A stretch of 64,000 nt of DNA from Desulfatiglandales bacterium. Its GTDB lineage: Bacteria; Desulfobacterota; DSM-4660; Desulfatiglandales; HGW-15. Shown piece by piece: positions 54,894-64,000 of the stretch (position 1 is its first letter; each line of letters opens with the position of its first letter). Where the stretch lies: NCBI GenBank assembly GCA_963667015.2, contig CAXXJJ010000001.1:2656001-2720000 (forward strand), written 5' to 3'. The position numbers and the translations under genes are program-made. Under the pieces are notes generated by a model. That model was not told the DNA's origin. It worked only from the letters and a program-made list of their open reading frames with translations, and did no database searches.

Positions 54894-56897
54894 ATGAAAA
54901 GGGCTAAGTTTCTATTTATTTTATTAATTTGCAGTCTTGTCTTCAGCTATGGATATGCATTTGCTGAAGGAGAGGAAGATATAAAGAAGAATCAGGTTGG
55001 AGAGGTATTTGAGCTGGGTGAAGTTGTTGTAACCGCAAACAGTAGTGTTATAAATCTTTCAACCACAGTAACTGAAGTATCTGCAGAAGATATTACTGCC
55101 AGAGGTACCCAAAATGTTGCTGAAGCTCTTGAGATGATTCCGGGTGTGAATGTTAAGGAGATAGGTAAAAATGCCCAAATCTTTATCCGCGGATTTTCAC
55201 AGGAAGATGTCAAGGTCCTTATAGATGGAGTCCCTGCATATCAAACATATGACAAGGTTGTTGACCTTTCTCTTATTCCTGTTGATTCCATTTCAAAAAT
55301 CACTGTAACCAAAGGTGCTTCATCTGTACTTTATGGTGCCAACACATTTGGAGGTGTTATTAACATTGTAACCAAAAAAGGCGGTAAAGATGCTGGTGGT
55401 GAAGTTACTGCATCATTTGGAGAAAACAGTACTCAGAATTATATTTTAAACTATGGTGGTTCTAAAAACGCTTTTAACTACTGGTTAACTTTTAGCCATA
55501 GAACTTCAGATGGTTTTGAACTTTCCGACGATTTTGTGCCAACCTCATGGGAAGATGGCGGTACAAGAGATTTAAGCGATTATGAAATGAATACTTTTAA
55601 TGCAAAAGTGGGATTTGAACCGGATGAAGAAACAAAACTTTATGTATCATTTGATTATCATGATAATAAAAAGGGGGTTCCGACAAGTGATGGCACCTAC
55701 TGGTCATTTATAAAATGGGATCAGTGGCATCTGAATCTTGTAGGTGAGCAAAAAATAACGGATACTATTTCCACTAAAGCACGTTTATTTTATGTGTCTC
55801 ATAAAGATACTCTTGAAGATGTAGCTCCGGTACCGGATCCAGGTAGATGGTGGGAAATGTCTTCCTATGATGATCATTCCATCGGAGCTGAAGTGCAAAC
55901 ATCTTTTAATTTCGGCCCAATGAGTTATCTGACCATAGGACTTAATTATCTTGACGACAATCATAAACAACAGGATTACTTTACTGATGATATGGATGCT
56001 GTTGATGATGAAGAAGTATTTGCAGGTTATCAGCCTGAAGAGGAGTTTGAGGCCGAAACATATACCATTGCAGCAGAGGATGAAATACATCTCCTGGATA
56101 ATGATCTCTCCTTTGTTGTCGGCGCCAGTTATGATTATTACAATCCTAAAAAAGGTTCCGAAGAACGTGGCAGTACGGACTCTCTTAATCCCCAGTTGGG
56201 AGTTGTTTATAATATAGCAGATAATGCATCAATACATGCTTCTGCTGGCAAAAAGATCAGATTCCCAAGATTAAAGGAATTATACAGTGTATTAGCAGGC
56301 GGTAATGATTCTTTAAATCCCCAGGAAACCATTGCCTATGAAATAGGTACTGATTATTTAATCACTCCTGATATAAAAACATCAGTAGCCTTTTTCTATA
56401 ATGATATTACTGATTTAATACAGCGACTTGGTTCGGGCAGAAACAAGTATTATACAAATATTGGAAAATCTACAATCCAGGGGTTGGAATTTGCCGTGAG
56501 TTACAAGGCGCTGGATAACCTTAGTTTTGGTACCAGTTATACATATCTAAGTGCATATGATGATACAAATGATGTTCGATTGTTAGATCGCCCCAGACAC
56601 AAAATAGCATTTGATACACGTTATTGGATCCTTTCCAATCTGTTTACCAGTTTACAGGCATCTTATACTACCGGGGCAGTAACCGAAAATGATGACCGTG
56701 AAATTATTGGTGCTCCGGGTTATTTCCTGATGAACGCAAAGGCAGAGCTCAAAATAATAAATCAATTACAAGATAAATTAATAAAAGATGCATCAATATT
56801 TTTAAGTGCTAATAACATATTTGATAAGAATTACTATGAAGGCTATGACCCTCAGCCAGGTAGAAGTTTCCTATTTGGTTTCAATGCAAAATTTTAA
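54894..56897 (+). CDS. TonB-dependent outer membrane receptor
   Basis: Signal peptide, GEVVVTA, ISKITVTKGASSVLYG, GGVINIVTK, PGRSF, C-terminal Phe. Confidence 0.93.
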   Translation: MKRAKFLFILLICSLVFSYGYAFAEGEEDIKKNQVGEVFELGEVVVTANSSVINLSTTVTEVSAEDITARGTQNVAEALEMIPGVNVKEIGKNAQIFIRGFSQEDVKVLIDGVPAYQTYDKVVDLSLIPVDSISKITVTKGASSVLYGANTFGGVINIVTKKGGKDAGGEVTASFGENSTQNYILNYGGSKNAFNYWLTFSHRTSDGFELSDDFVPTSWEDGGTRDLSDYEMNTFNAKVGFEPDEETKLYVSFDYHDNKKGVPTSDGTYWSFIKWDQWHLNLVGEQKITDTISTKARLFYVSHKDTLEDVAPVPDPGRWWEMSSYDDHSIGAEVQTSFNFGPMSYLTIGLNYLDDNHKQQDYFTDDMDAVDDEEVFAGYQPEEEFEAETYTIAAEDEIHLLDNDLSFVVGASYDYYNPKKGSEERGSTDSLNPQLGVVYNIADNASIHASAGKKIRFPRLKELYSVLAGGNDSLNPQETIAYEIGTDYLITPDIKTSVAFFYNDITDLIQRLGSGRNKYYTNIGKSTIQGLEFAVSYKALDNLSFGTSYTYLSAYDDTNDVRLLDRPRHKIAFDTRYWILSNLFTSLQASYTTGAVTENDDREIIGAPGYFLMNAKAELKIINQLQDKLIKDASIFLSANNIFDKNYYEGYDPQPGRSFLFGFNAKF

Positions 56898-56991
56898 AAT
56901 TTAAAAATATTAATATACAAGATTCCTCCTATCTTTATATTTCTGGTATAGAGGTAGGGGGATTTATTGCTTTATAACGAAGGAGATATCC

Positions 56992-58761
56992 ATGAAAAAA
57001 ACTATATTTATCTTTATTCTATCTCTTTTACTATCCTGCCCCAGTATCTTTGCATCAAATAGTAAGTCTATCAGTATTACCGGGACAGTAAAGCAGCCAT
57101 TAAACCTTTCAATTGAAGATATATGCAGGTTTAAGACCGTACGCATTCAACTGAATGAAATACTCAAGGACGGCTCATACAGGGGTGCATGGTTTTATAA
57201 TGGTGTGCCTTTAAGAACACTGCTTGAAACAGCATATATTGAAAAGGAAGAGTCAGCCTTTAAAAAGGCCGTAGACCTGGCTATCCTGGTAAAAAACAGT
57301 GAAGGTGAGGCGGTTGCTATTTCATGGGGAGAGATATTTTATAAAAATTCATACGATATAATTATTGCCACGTCAGCTTCACCTATTAAGCCTAATCACG
57401 GCTGTGATTCATGCCACAAGCCTGAGGTATATAACCGCTATATGAAAGAGTTTGACAGAAAAATCGGTTTCCCCAAACTAGTAGTTTCCTCTGATGGATA
57501 TTCTGACAGGTCTATCGAGAATGTTGTAAGTATAGAAGTGATAAACCCTACACCGAGAATGCCTGCGGACAGATCAGCGGAACTGTACGCCCCGTCACTC
57601 CTTGTTACAGGAGATGTGAAAAATGAACTGAACCTGAAAGATTTAAAAGGCTTTCCGCGCAAGGATATGCGTGTTATTCACATGGGGGACGGCAAAGGAT
57701 ACCACGGAATAGATAATTATTCAGGTGTAATTATAAATGATATTTTAAATAAAGCCGGTGTAAGCCCTGATCTTACAAAAATATTTCATATATCGGCTCC
57801 TGACGGATACCGCGCAACCTTTTCATATGGTGAGATATTCCTTAACAGGGTTGAAGATAACACAATCGTCGCTGACATGAAAAACGGTAAAGAGATAGAG
57901 AAAGAGGGTAAGTTTATCTTTGTCCCGTCCGATGATCTGATGTCTGATCGTGATATAAAAGCAGTTGAAAAGATTGAGGTAATAGATCTGAAAACAAAGC
58001 CGAAACTTACCTATATCGGTGTGGGATGCGGAGATACTGATCTGTTAACCCGTGAGGCTATAACCGCCATGTCCCGTGCAGATGTTTTTGTCTGTCCCTC
58101 TGATATTAAGGAAAGATTTGCGAAATACATGGGTGATAAACCGATTCTGCTGGATGTTTATGATTTTATTCCCCCTGTTGTTAAGAAACAGAATCCGGGA
58201 ATATCCCAGGAAGATCTCTACAAGATACTTGATGAGAAGAGGAAAGGCATGGCAGATGCCATTAAGGCAGAGCTTAAAAAAGGCAGGAATGTTGCTATTC
58301 TTGAATATGGAGATCCGACAATCTGGAGCGGTTCAGAGTATATAAGTGAGCACTTTGACAGTGACATGTTTGAAATCATACCGGGTTTAAGCTCCTTTAA
58401 CGTTGCCAGTGCCTTATTAAACAGGCATACAGGATGCAAAGGGTCTATAATCCTAACTACCTCGAGAGGGATTCTTGATAATAAACCCATGTTTGAGGCT
58501 GCAGCAAAAAATGGTGAAACCCTGAGCATTTTTATGGCAATGAAGGATCTTCCCGGGCTGGTAGAGTTTTTTAATAAAATATATGACTCTAAAACACCGG
58601 TTCATATTGCATACCGAGCAGGATACTCAGGCAGCGAAAAGGTTGTAGTAACTGATCTCAAAGGAATAAAGAATACAATCGATTCAGAAAAGGAAAAGAA
58701 CCTGTTTCTTGTATTTATAGGCCCCTGCCTTGATTCTTCCATGAAGGCTCACAGACATTAG
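56992..58761 (+). CDS. Exported fusion protein: two sulfite-oxidase/molybdopterin-binding-like domains with one CxxCH, plus C-terminal tetrapyrrole methylase domain
   Basis: Signal peptide; repeats ITGTVKQPL...YNGVPLRTLL...ISWGEIF and VTGDVKNEL...YSGVIINDIL...DGYRATFSYGEIF; CDSCH; C-domain IGVGCGDTDLLT, YGDPTIW, IIPGLSSF. Confidence 0.72.
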   Translation: MKKTIFIFILSLLLSCPSIFASNSKSISITGTVKQPLNLSIEDICRFKTVRIQLNEILKDGSYRGAWFYNGVPLRTLLETAYIEKEESAFKKAVDLAILVKNSEGEAVAISWGEIFYKNSYDIIIATSASPIKPNHGCDSCHKPEVYNRYMKEFDRKIGFPKLVVSSDGYSDRSIENVVSIEVINPTPRMPADRSAELYAPSLLVTGDVKNELNLKDLKGFPRKDMRVIHMGDGKGYHGIDNYSGVIINDILNKAGVSPDLTKIFHISAPDGYRATFSYGEIFLNRVEDNTIVADMKNGKEIEKEGKFIFVPSDDLMSDRDIKAVEKIEVIDLKTKPKLTYIGVGCGDTDLLTREAITAMSRADVFVCPSDIKERFAKYMGDKPILLDVYDFIPPVVKKQNPGISQEDLYKILDEKRKGMADAIKAELKKGRNVAILEYGDPTIWSGSEYISEHFDSDMFEIIPGLSSFNVASALLNRHTGCKGSIILTTSRGILDNKPMFEAAAKNGETLSIFMAMKDLPGLVEFFNKIYDSKTPVHIAYRAGYSGSEKVVVTDLKGIKNTIDSEKEKNLFLVFIGPCLDSSMKAHRH

Positions 58762-58873
58762 TAATTGATTTAATAACAATATGGCATACATCTGCCATAG
58801 GAGCGCTCCGCTTACCTCATGTTCAAAAGTTCAATTTGAAAGCGGAGCGCTTATTAATTTATAAAGGTCGAGG

Positions 58874-59887
58874 ATGATTCCCTTCTCACATCACCGGTCA
58901 ATTTGGTTTAGTCTCAGTATTGCACTCTCTTTTTTATTTGTATTTATTACCGGACATAAATGTATTGCCTCTGATAATAATATAATATGGTGGGAACTTG
59001 AAAATGCCGGGGACTATATTAATAAGTACAGCGACCCGAAAAAATCTGTTTCGCAAATAGAGGCTGAGACAAATTTTCTGATCTCAATACTGGGAAAGCC
59101 AAAACATATTTTTTTAAGCAACGGATTTTCAAATATAGAACCCGATCTGTCTTCTATATCGATTAAAACATGGGTGCGAAGTCCTGAAGGCCGGCTTTCT
59201 GAATATATTAAAGCAGAGAATGATTTATCTATATATGTCCCGGCAGATGATGGCAGGGAAGAGGGGCTATACCTTGCCGCAAGTGTATTAGATGCAGGTG
59301 AAACAGATGTTGACAGTGATGGTCTAAATGAAAGGGTTTTTACTTATCCTAAAACCATTCTTGGTCACTGGCGTCTTGGTTCCTCTATGAAGACAAATCA
59401 GTCACTCTTTGTTGATACACCAGAGATCGCACTCGAAATAGCGCCTTTAAGGGCTTCAAGGTATATCGGTTCAATACAGGTTGCCAACCGATCATATGAT
59501 ATGGAAGTCCTCTACAGGGGAAAACCTGTATCCGGTGCAAATATAAGAGTTATTACGGAAAATGGTTGGGAAAAGAAATTTATTACTGATACCAGGGGAC
59601 AATTCAGAATCACTCCCCCACAGGTACAAAAATGGGAAACCTATATATTTGTTGCCGAGTATCTTGATAAGGAAAAACATGAATTTCATCAGGCAACACT
59701 CCCCATGCTTATTGATCCCCCATGGCCTGAATGGAGAAGCTGGCATGGTGTGCTTATTTTCTGGTCACTGGCAGCTCTTTTTTTTCTGGTTGTTTTGATT
59801 ACTACAGGAGTTTTAATTAGAAACAGGAAGAAAAAACTTCTGATGGTGAAGTTCAGTAATGGAAAGATAAAAAAGGATTCTTTATGA
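58874..59887 (+). CDS. Exported, membrane-anchored hypothetical protein (DUF4198-like C-terminal part)
   Basis: N-terminal hydrophobic segment; YPKT, LEIAP, VLYRGKPVSGA, TDTRG; C-terminal TM and basic tail. Confidence 0.55.
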   Translation: MIPFSHHRSIWFSLSIALSFLFVFITGHKCIASDNNIIWWELENAGDYINKYSDPKKSVSQIEAETNFLISILGKPKHIFLSNGFSNIEPDLSSISIKTWVRSPEGRLSEYIKAENDLSIYVPADDGREEGLYLAASVLDAGETDVDSDGLNERVFTYPKTILGHWRLGSSMKTNQSLFVDTPEIALEIAPLRASRYIGSIQVANRSYDMEVLYRGKPVSGANIRVITENGWEKKFITDTRGQFRITPPQVQKWETYIFVAEYLDKEKHEFHQATLPMLIDPPWPEWRSWHGVLIFWSLAALFFLVVLITTGVLIRNRKKKLLMVKFSNGKIKKDSL

Positions 59888-60810
59888 AAGTCTCAACCCT
59901 GCGCTGGATAATACTTATTTTATGTTTTGTTATACTGACCTTCGGGGGATATATCGGGATTAACCTTGGAGAATTTCTACCTACATTTTCATGTTTCTTC
60001 ATTGGGTACGGTCAGGGGGGTGTCTGTTTTTTATATCCTCTTCAGGCAGCCCTTGAAAGCGGAGAGCTGTATCAATATCAGTCAATTGCGTTAAGCATCC
60101 TGTTTTTCTCGATACTCATAGTAATACTGGGAAGAACATGGTGCGGGTGGATCTGCCCCTTTGGTTTTGTTCAGGATGTTCTTGACTGGATCAGAAAAAA
60201 AATGGGTTTCGGTTATATCAGATTTCCAAAAAAACTCAGGGAGCAGCTTGTATCTATTAAATGGATATTCCTGTTTCTTGTCCTGCTGCTTCCCCTCTGG
60301 ATTGCCTTTCCTTTTTTTGCATCGGATGTAGCAAGAGAAATGAGAACACCATTTTGTGACTGGTGCCCTGCACGGTATATAATGCCTGTTATTGCAGGTG
60401 ATCCCATCAGGATGGGTATTAATTTTGAGACCGCCACTTCTATAACTATGACGGTTACAGGTGCTGTTATTTCAGCTCTTACAATATTCGGGACATTAAT
60501 GAAACGGCGATTTTTCTGTGCTTATTGTCCCATGGTCCTGCTTATTTCCTTTTACAGGAAGATTTCTTTTTTCAAACTTAAAAAAGATATTAATCGATGC
60601 ACAAGGTGCGAAATCTGTTACAACGTCTGTCCTATGGAGATTGAACAGGTATACCTGGAAAGGGAAAAGGAGGATGTGACCTTTAAGGAATGCATCATGT
60701 GTCTTAGATGTATTGAATATTGTCCTGAAGACGCGGCTCTTAAGGGGGTTTTTATGGGTAAACCATTTTTTACCTCCAGCAGGAGCGGCTTTATTAAACG
60801 ACAAAAATAA
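59884..60810 (+). CDS. 4Fe-4S binding membrane protein (NapH/MauN-like)
   Basis: GRTWCGWICPFG, FCDWCP, RFFCAYCP, CTRCEICYNVCP, CIMCLRCIEYCP. Confidence 0.88.
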   Translation: MKVSTLRWIILILCFVILTFGGYIGINLGEFLPTFSCFFIGYGQGGVCFLYPLQAALESGELYQYQSIALSILFFSILIVILGRTWCGWICPFGFVQDVLDWIRKKMGFGYIRFPKKLREQLVSIKWIFLFLVLLLPLWIAFPFFASDVAREMRTPFCDWCPARYIMPVIAGDPIRMGINFETATSITMTVTGAVISALTIFGTLMKRRFFCAYCPMVLLISFYRKISFFKLKKDINRCTRCEICYNVCPMEIEQVYLEREKEDVTFKECIMCLRCIEYCPEDAALKGVFMGKPFFTSSRSGFIKRQK

Positions 60811-60824
60811 AACTGAATATAATA

Positions 60825-62111
60825 ATGAATAATAAACAGATCCAAATATTAATGAAAAAGACAGCCCGGTCTGCGGAAAGTGTGCTTAAATCCATTGAAG
60901 CAAGCAGTACAATGCCTTCATCAATGGGGTATTTTAATAACCTCATGCGAAAGGTTTTTTGTAAAAAGGAAGGACAGGAGTCACCTGACAGTTTTTCAGG
61001 AGATAATTCAAAGCCCATGGTTGGGATTTACTGCATGATGGTTCCTGAAGAACTGATTTATGCCGCCGGAGCAATACCTGTACGTCTTTCGGGGGGAACC
61101 TATGAGGGGGCTGCTATTGGTGATGAGATGGTCCCCAGGGATACATGCCCGATTGTAAAATCCTCTATAGGCTGCACTACGACGGGGGTACCTTCAGTTT
61201 ATGAGTCCTGTGATGTGATAATTGTTCCAACCACATGCGATTCAAAAAGAAAGATGGCTGAAGAGCTCTCTGAATATAAAACAGTGTGGACAATGGAAGT
61301 TCCTCACGTTAAGGATGATGAAAATCAACGCAGAATCTGGTTTGAACACATCATGGCATTAAAAAACAATCTTGAAAAACTGACAGGCAACCGAATTACA
61401 GGAAGATCCCTGAAAAAGGCAATCAGAATTATGGCCGGGGCCCAGGAACAGGCAAGAAGGCTTTATGATATCAGGATGAATAACCTGCCTGTGGTTTACG
61501 GAAGAGAAGCAGCGCTTGCCCTTAACGCGTTTGCATTTGACGATGCTCAATATTGGACAATTGCAATGACAAGGCTTAATGATGAATTATCCGCAAGGCT
61601 AGATAATGGCAACTCTATATGTTCAGAGAAAACACCCAGGATAATGCTCGCATCATGTCCTCCTGTATTTCCCAACTGGAAGCTGCCCATGCTTATTGAG
61701 GAGATGGGTGCAATTATTGCCGTGGATGAATCATGCCTTGGTGACAGGTATCTATACGACCCGGTCGGCATAAGTGAGACAACAATGCGAGAAATGCTTG
61801 CAGCCCTTGCATCACGCTATATAATGCCGTGTGTGTGCCCATCATTTTCTCCAAATGATGACAGACTGTATAAACTTGAAGAAGCTGTAAAGGCATTTAA
61901 TATTGAAGGAATCGTATACCATGTATTAAAGGGATGTATAATATATGATTTTGAACTCTCCAGGGTTGAAAAACTCATGAAAAAATTCGGAATTCCTGTT
62001 TTAAGGGTCGAAACAGATTATAATCCCGAAGATATTGAACAGCTGAGAACAAGAATCGAGGCATTTATTGAAGTTCTCAAAGAAAAAAGTAAAGGAGATA
62101 GCCGGAAGTGA
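60825..62111 (+). CDS. 2-hydroxyacyl-CoA dehydratase family protein, double-cubane cluster (DCCP)-like
   Basis: GIYCMMVPEELIYAAG, PRDTCPIVKS, TTCDSKRK, DESCLG, CVCPSFSPN, KGC, ETDY, QLRTRIEAF. Confidence 0.82.
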   Translation: MNNKQIQILMKKTARSAESVLKSIEASSTMPSSMGYFNNLMRKVFCKKEGQESPDSFSGDNSKPMVGIYCMMVPEELIYAAGAIPVRLSGGTYEGAAIGDEMVPRDTCPIVKSSIGCTTTGVPSVYESCDVIIVPTTCDSKRKMAEELSEYKTVWTMEVPHVKDDENQRRIWFEHIMALKNNLEKLTGNRITGRSLKKAIRIMAGAQEQARRLYDIRMNNLPVVYGREAALALNAFAFDDAQYWTIAMTRLNDELSARLDNGNSICSEKTPRIMLASCPPVFPNWKLPMLIEEMGAIIAVDESCLGDRYLYDPVGISETTMREMLAALASRYIMPCVCPSFSPNDDRLYKLEEAVKAFNIEGIVYHVLKGCIIYDFELSRVEKLMKKFGIPVLRVETDYNPEDIEQLRTRIEAFIEVLKEKSKGDSRK

Positions 62112-62899
62112 AATATTTTGCTGGTATTGATTCAGGATCAACATATATAAAAATGGCAGTTCTTGATCAGGATAAAAACATGGTGACGCACCGGATTGCG
62201 CCAACAGGTATAAACGGTAAAAAGACTGTAAATGAACTAAGAGAATCAATATGTTCGGAGCTGGCTATTACCCCTTCAGATATCGAAAGGAGTGTAGCTA
62301 CAGGATACGGGCGAAGAATGGTCGATGATGTTTCTGATAATGTGACTGAAATAAAGGCCCATGCAGCGGGAGCAAAATGGAATGGAACCGGTAATTATAA
62401 TATCAGGACAGTCATAGATATAGGAGGTCAGGACTGCAAGGTGATTAACCTTGACGAATCGGGCGGTATTGAAAATTTTGCCATGAACGATAAATGTGCT
62501 GCCGGTACAGGAAGGTTTCTTGAGGCTCTGGCCCGTGTGCTTGAAATGAAGGTGAGTGACCTTGGGCCTTTATCACTTGAATCAGATAATCCATGTGCTA
62601 TTAACAGCACATGCGTTGTATTTGCCGAATCAGAGGTTATTTCGCTTCTCGCACGGGGCGAGGATATAAAAGACATTATAGCCGGAATCCACACATCTAT
62701 GGCAGGCCGTATAATCCGTATGGCAGGCAAGGGCAGTGTTGAGCCTGCAATACTTCTCACAGGGGGTGGCGGAATGAATCCCGGACTAAAATCAGCATTT
62801 GAAGAGGAGCTTATGCAGGATGTTTATGTGTCATCCTTTCCTCAGTTAAACGGTGCTGTAGGTGCGGCAGTAATAGCAATGAAAGATAATGGATTTTAG
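62108..62899 (+). CDS. ATP-dependent activase (HgdC/BcrAD family)
   Basis: GTG start; GIDSGST, ATGYGR, DIGGQD, MNDKCAAGTGRF, STCVVFAESE. Confidence 0.92.
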   Translation: MKYFAGIDSGSTYIKMAVLDQDKNMVTHRIAPTGINGKKTVNELRESICSELAITPSDIERSVATGYGRRMVDDVSDNVTEIKAHAAGAKWNGTGNYNIRTVIDIGGQDCKVINLDESGGIENFAMNDKCAAGTGRFLEALARVLEMKVSDLGPLSLESDNPCAINSTCVVFAESEVISLLARGEDIKDIIAGIHTSMAGRIIRMAGKGSVEPAILLTGGGGMNPGLKSAFEEELMQDVYVSSFPQLNGAVGAAVIAMKDNGF

Positions 62900-63557
62900 C
62901 AATACCCTGCAGAGTACACCATTTCTGGCAGCATTGATTACCGGCCTTTTTACCGGTTCAACCTACTGCCTGGCAGGGTGTGCTCCTTTTATTTCAACAT
63001 ATATAATGGGAACTTCAAACGGGACCGGAGACGGCCTGAGGTCGTATATTCTCTTTACAACCGGCAGGATAATAACATATGGTGTCATTGGAATACTGAC
63101 AGGATACATGGGCAGAATATTAGACATGAAAGGTCCCGGACTGCCTTTTTTATCCGGGTTTTTTTTTATAATATCAGGCCTTATTCTGTGCCTGAGGGAC
63201 AGTCAGGGATCAAAGGTATGCAGTGCAAAATTTAATAAATTTTGTAAAGGCTTCTCATATCGCGGTTCAATACACCTGTTTTTGGCAGGAATAATATTAT
63301 CCATTGTCCCGTGTCCGCCCTTGATAGCAGTCATGACAGGCAGCCTGCAATATCATTCAGTATTAAAGGGGAGTATTGTAATGCTCCTGTTCGGCCTGGG
63401 TACAATGCTTTCACCACTTGTTCTCATAGCCGGAGCAGCCGGTTTTATATCGAAAAAGATAAAAGAATCCGCACCAAGGAATAACCTGTTTTTTCAGAGG
63501 ATCGCCGGAGTAATAATAATGATAATGGGCGGATTTATGATAATTTCAATGTATTAA
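62889..63557 (+). CDS. DsbD_2 / TauE-SafE-like membrane protein
   Basis: YCLAGCAP, GRIITY, PCPPL, FGLGT; multi-TM. Confidence 0.78.
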   Translation: MDFSNTLQSTPFLAALITGLFTGSTYCLAGCAPFISTYIMGTSNGTGDGLRSYILFTTGRIITYGVIGILTGYMGRILDMKGPGLPFLSGFFFIISGLILCLRDSQGSKVCSAKFNKFCKGFSYRGSIHLFLAGIILSIVPCPPLIAVMTGSLQYHSVLKGSIVMLLFGLGTMLSPLVLIAGAAGFISKKIKESAPRNNLFFQRIAGVIIMIMGGFMIISMY

Positions 63558-63571
63558 CAGATGGACTGATA

Positions 63572-64000
63572 ATGGAAAAAGATGATCAATTAAAAAGAAG
63601 TATCGGCCTGGGAACTGCGATTATACTGGTTATCGCCAACATGATCGGTACCGGTGTGTTTACCACATCGGGCTTTATTATGAACTCACTTTCCAACCCG
63701 GCCTCTATGCTGATCTGCTGGTTTATTGGTGGCATACTTGCCCTTTCGGGTGCTCTCTGCTACGGCGAACTGGGGGCTATTTTCCCTAAGGCCGGCGGTG
63801 AATATGTATTTTTAAGAGAGAGTATCGGAAAGCCATTTGGTTTTCTTTCGGGCTGGGTTTCATTGATAGTAGGTTTTTCGGCTCCAATAGCCGCTGCATC
63901 AATTGCATTTTCCGCCTACCTGTATAAAAGCATGGCTTTCGAATCTGCAGGAAAAGAGCTGTTAAACACCGGAGGAATTATTACAATATCCCCGGTTACT
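63572..64000 (+). CDS. APC family amino acid permease (partial, runs off window end)
   Basis: Not in ORF track. Manual translation MEKDDQLKRSIGL...ANMIGTGVFTTSG...GALCYGELG...PKAGGEYVFL...GFLSGW. Confidence 0.88.
   Translation, partial: MEKDDQLKRSIGLGTAIILVIANMIGTGVFTTSGFIMNSLSNPASMLICWFIGGILALSGALCYGELGAIFPKAGGEYVFLRESIGKPFGFLSGWVSLIVGFSAPIAAASIAFSAYLYKSMAFESAGKELLNTGGIITISPVT

Noticed and set aside
895..62760. Numerous short ORFs overlapping the called genes on the opposite strand or in other frames
   Set aside because: Shadow ORFs without motifs or RBS support.

Overview
A ~52 kb cobamide (vitamin B12) island from an anaerobic Gram-negative bacterium (gene content and style suggest Desulfobacterota/Deltaproteobacteria, by inference), followed by a separate ~11 kb unusual operon. 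Four cobalamin riboswitches head four transcription units. (A) Minus strand, 12.5 kb to <1: TonB receptor, DUF2162/ExbB-like/DUF2149 trio, two tandem exported CobN-like proteins, periplasmic CbiK. (B) Minus strand, 32.0 to 14.3 kb: TonB receptor, BtuF-CbiZ fusion, third CobN-like protein, second trio, then the anaerobic corrin genes cbiC-X-D-ET-L-F-G-H-A. (C) Plus strand, 32.8 to 44.2 kb: btuB, a second BtuF-CbiZ fusion, btuFCD, exbBD-tonB, cbiP, cobU, cobO. (D) Plus strand, 45.8 to 51.9 kb: a Zn-dehydrogenase and a divergent TrpD-like phosphoribosyltransferase placed in front of cobT-cobS-cobD-cbiB behind a structurally atypical riboswitch. Unit D is the best candidate for an undescribed lower-ligand/nucleotide-loop pathway. 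From 53.3 kb an operon encodes CcsA/ResB-like proteins, a TonB receptor, an exported CxxCH protein fused to a tetrapyrrole methylase domain, a polyferredoxin membrane protein, a double-cubane-type reductase with its ATP-dependent activase, a DsbD_2/TauE-like protein and an APC permease; this is the second candidate novel system. Also seen: a homocysteine methyltransferase gene remnant, a Rex homologue with a degenerate NAD(H) motif, a repeated riboswitch expression-platform motif and intergenic heptamer/REP-like repeats. No rRNA, tRNA, CRISPR or transposase was recognised. All calls are from motif recognition by eye; no searches were run.
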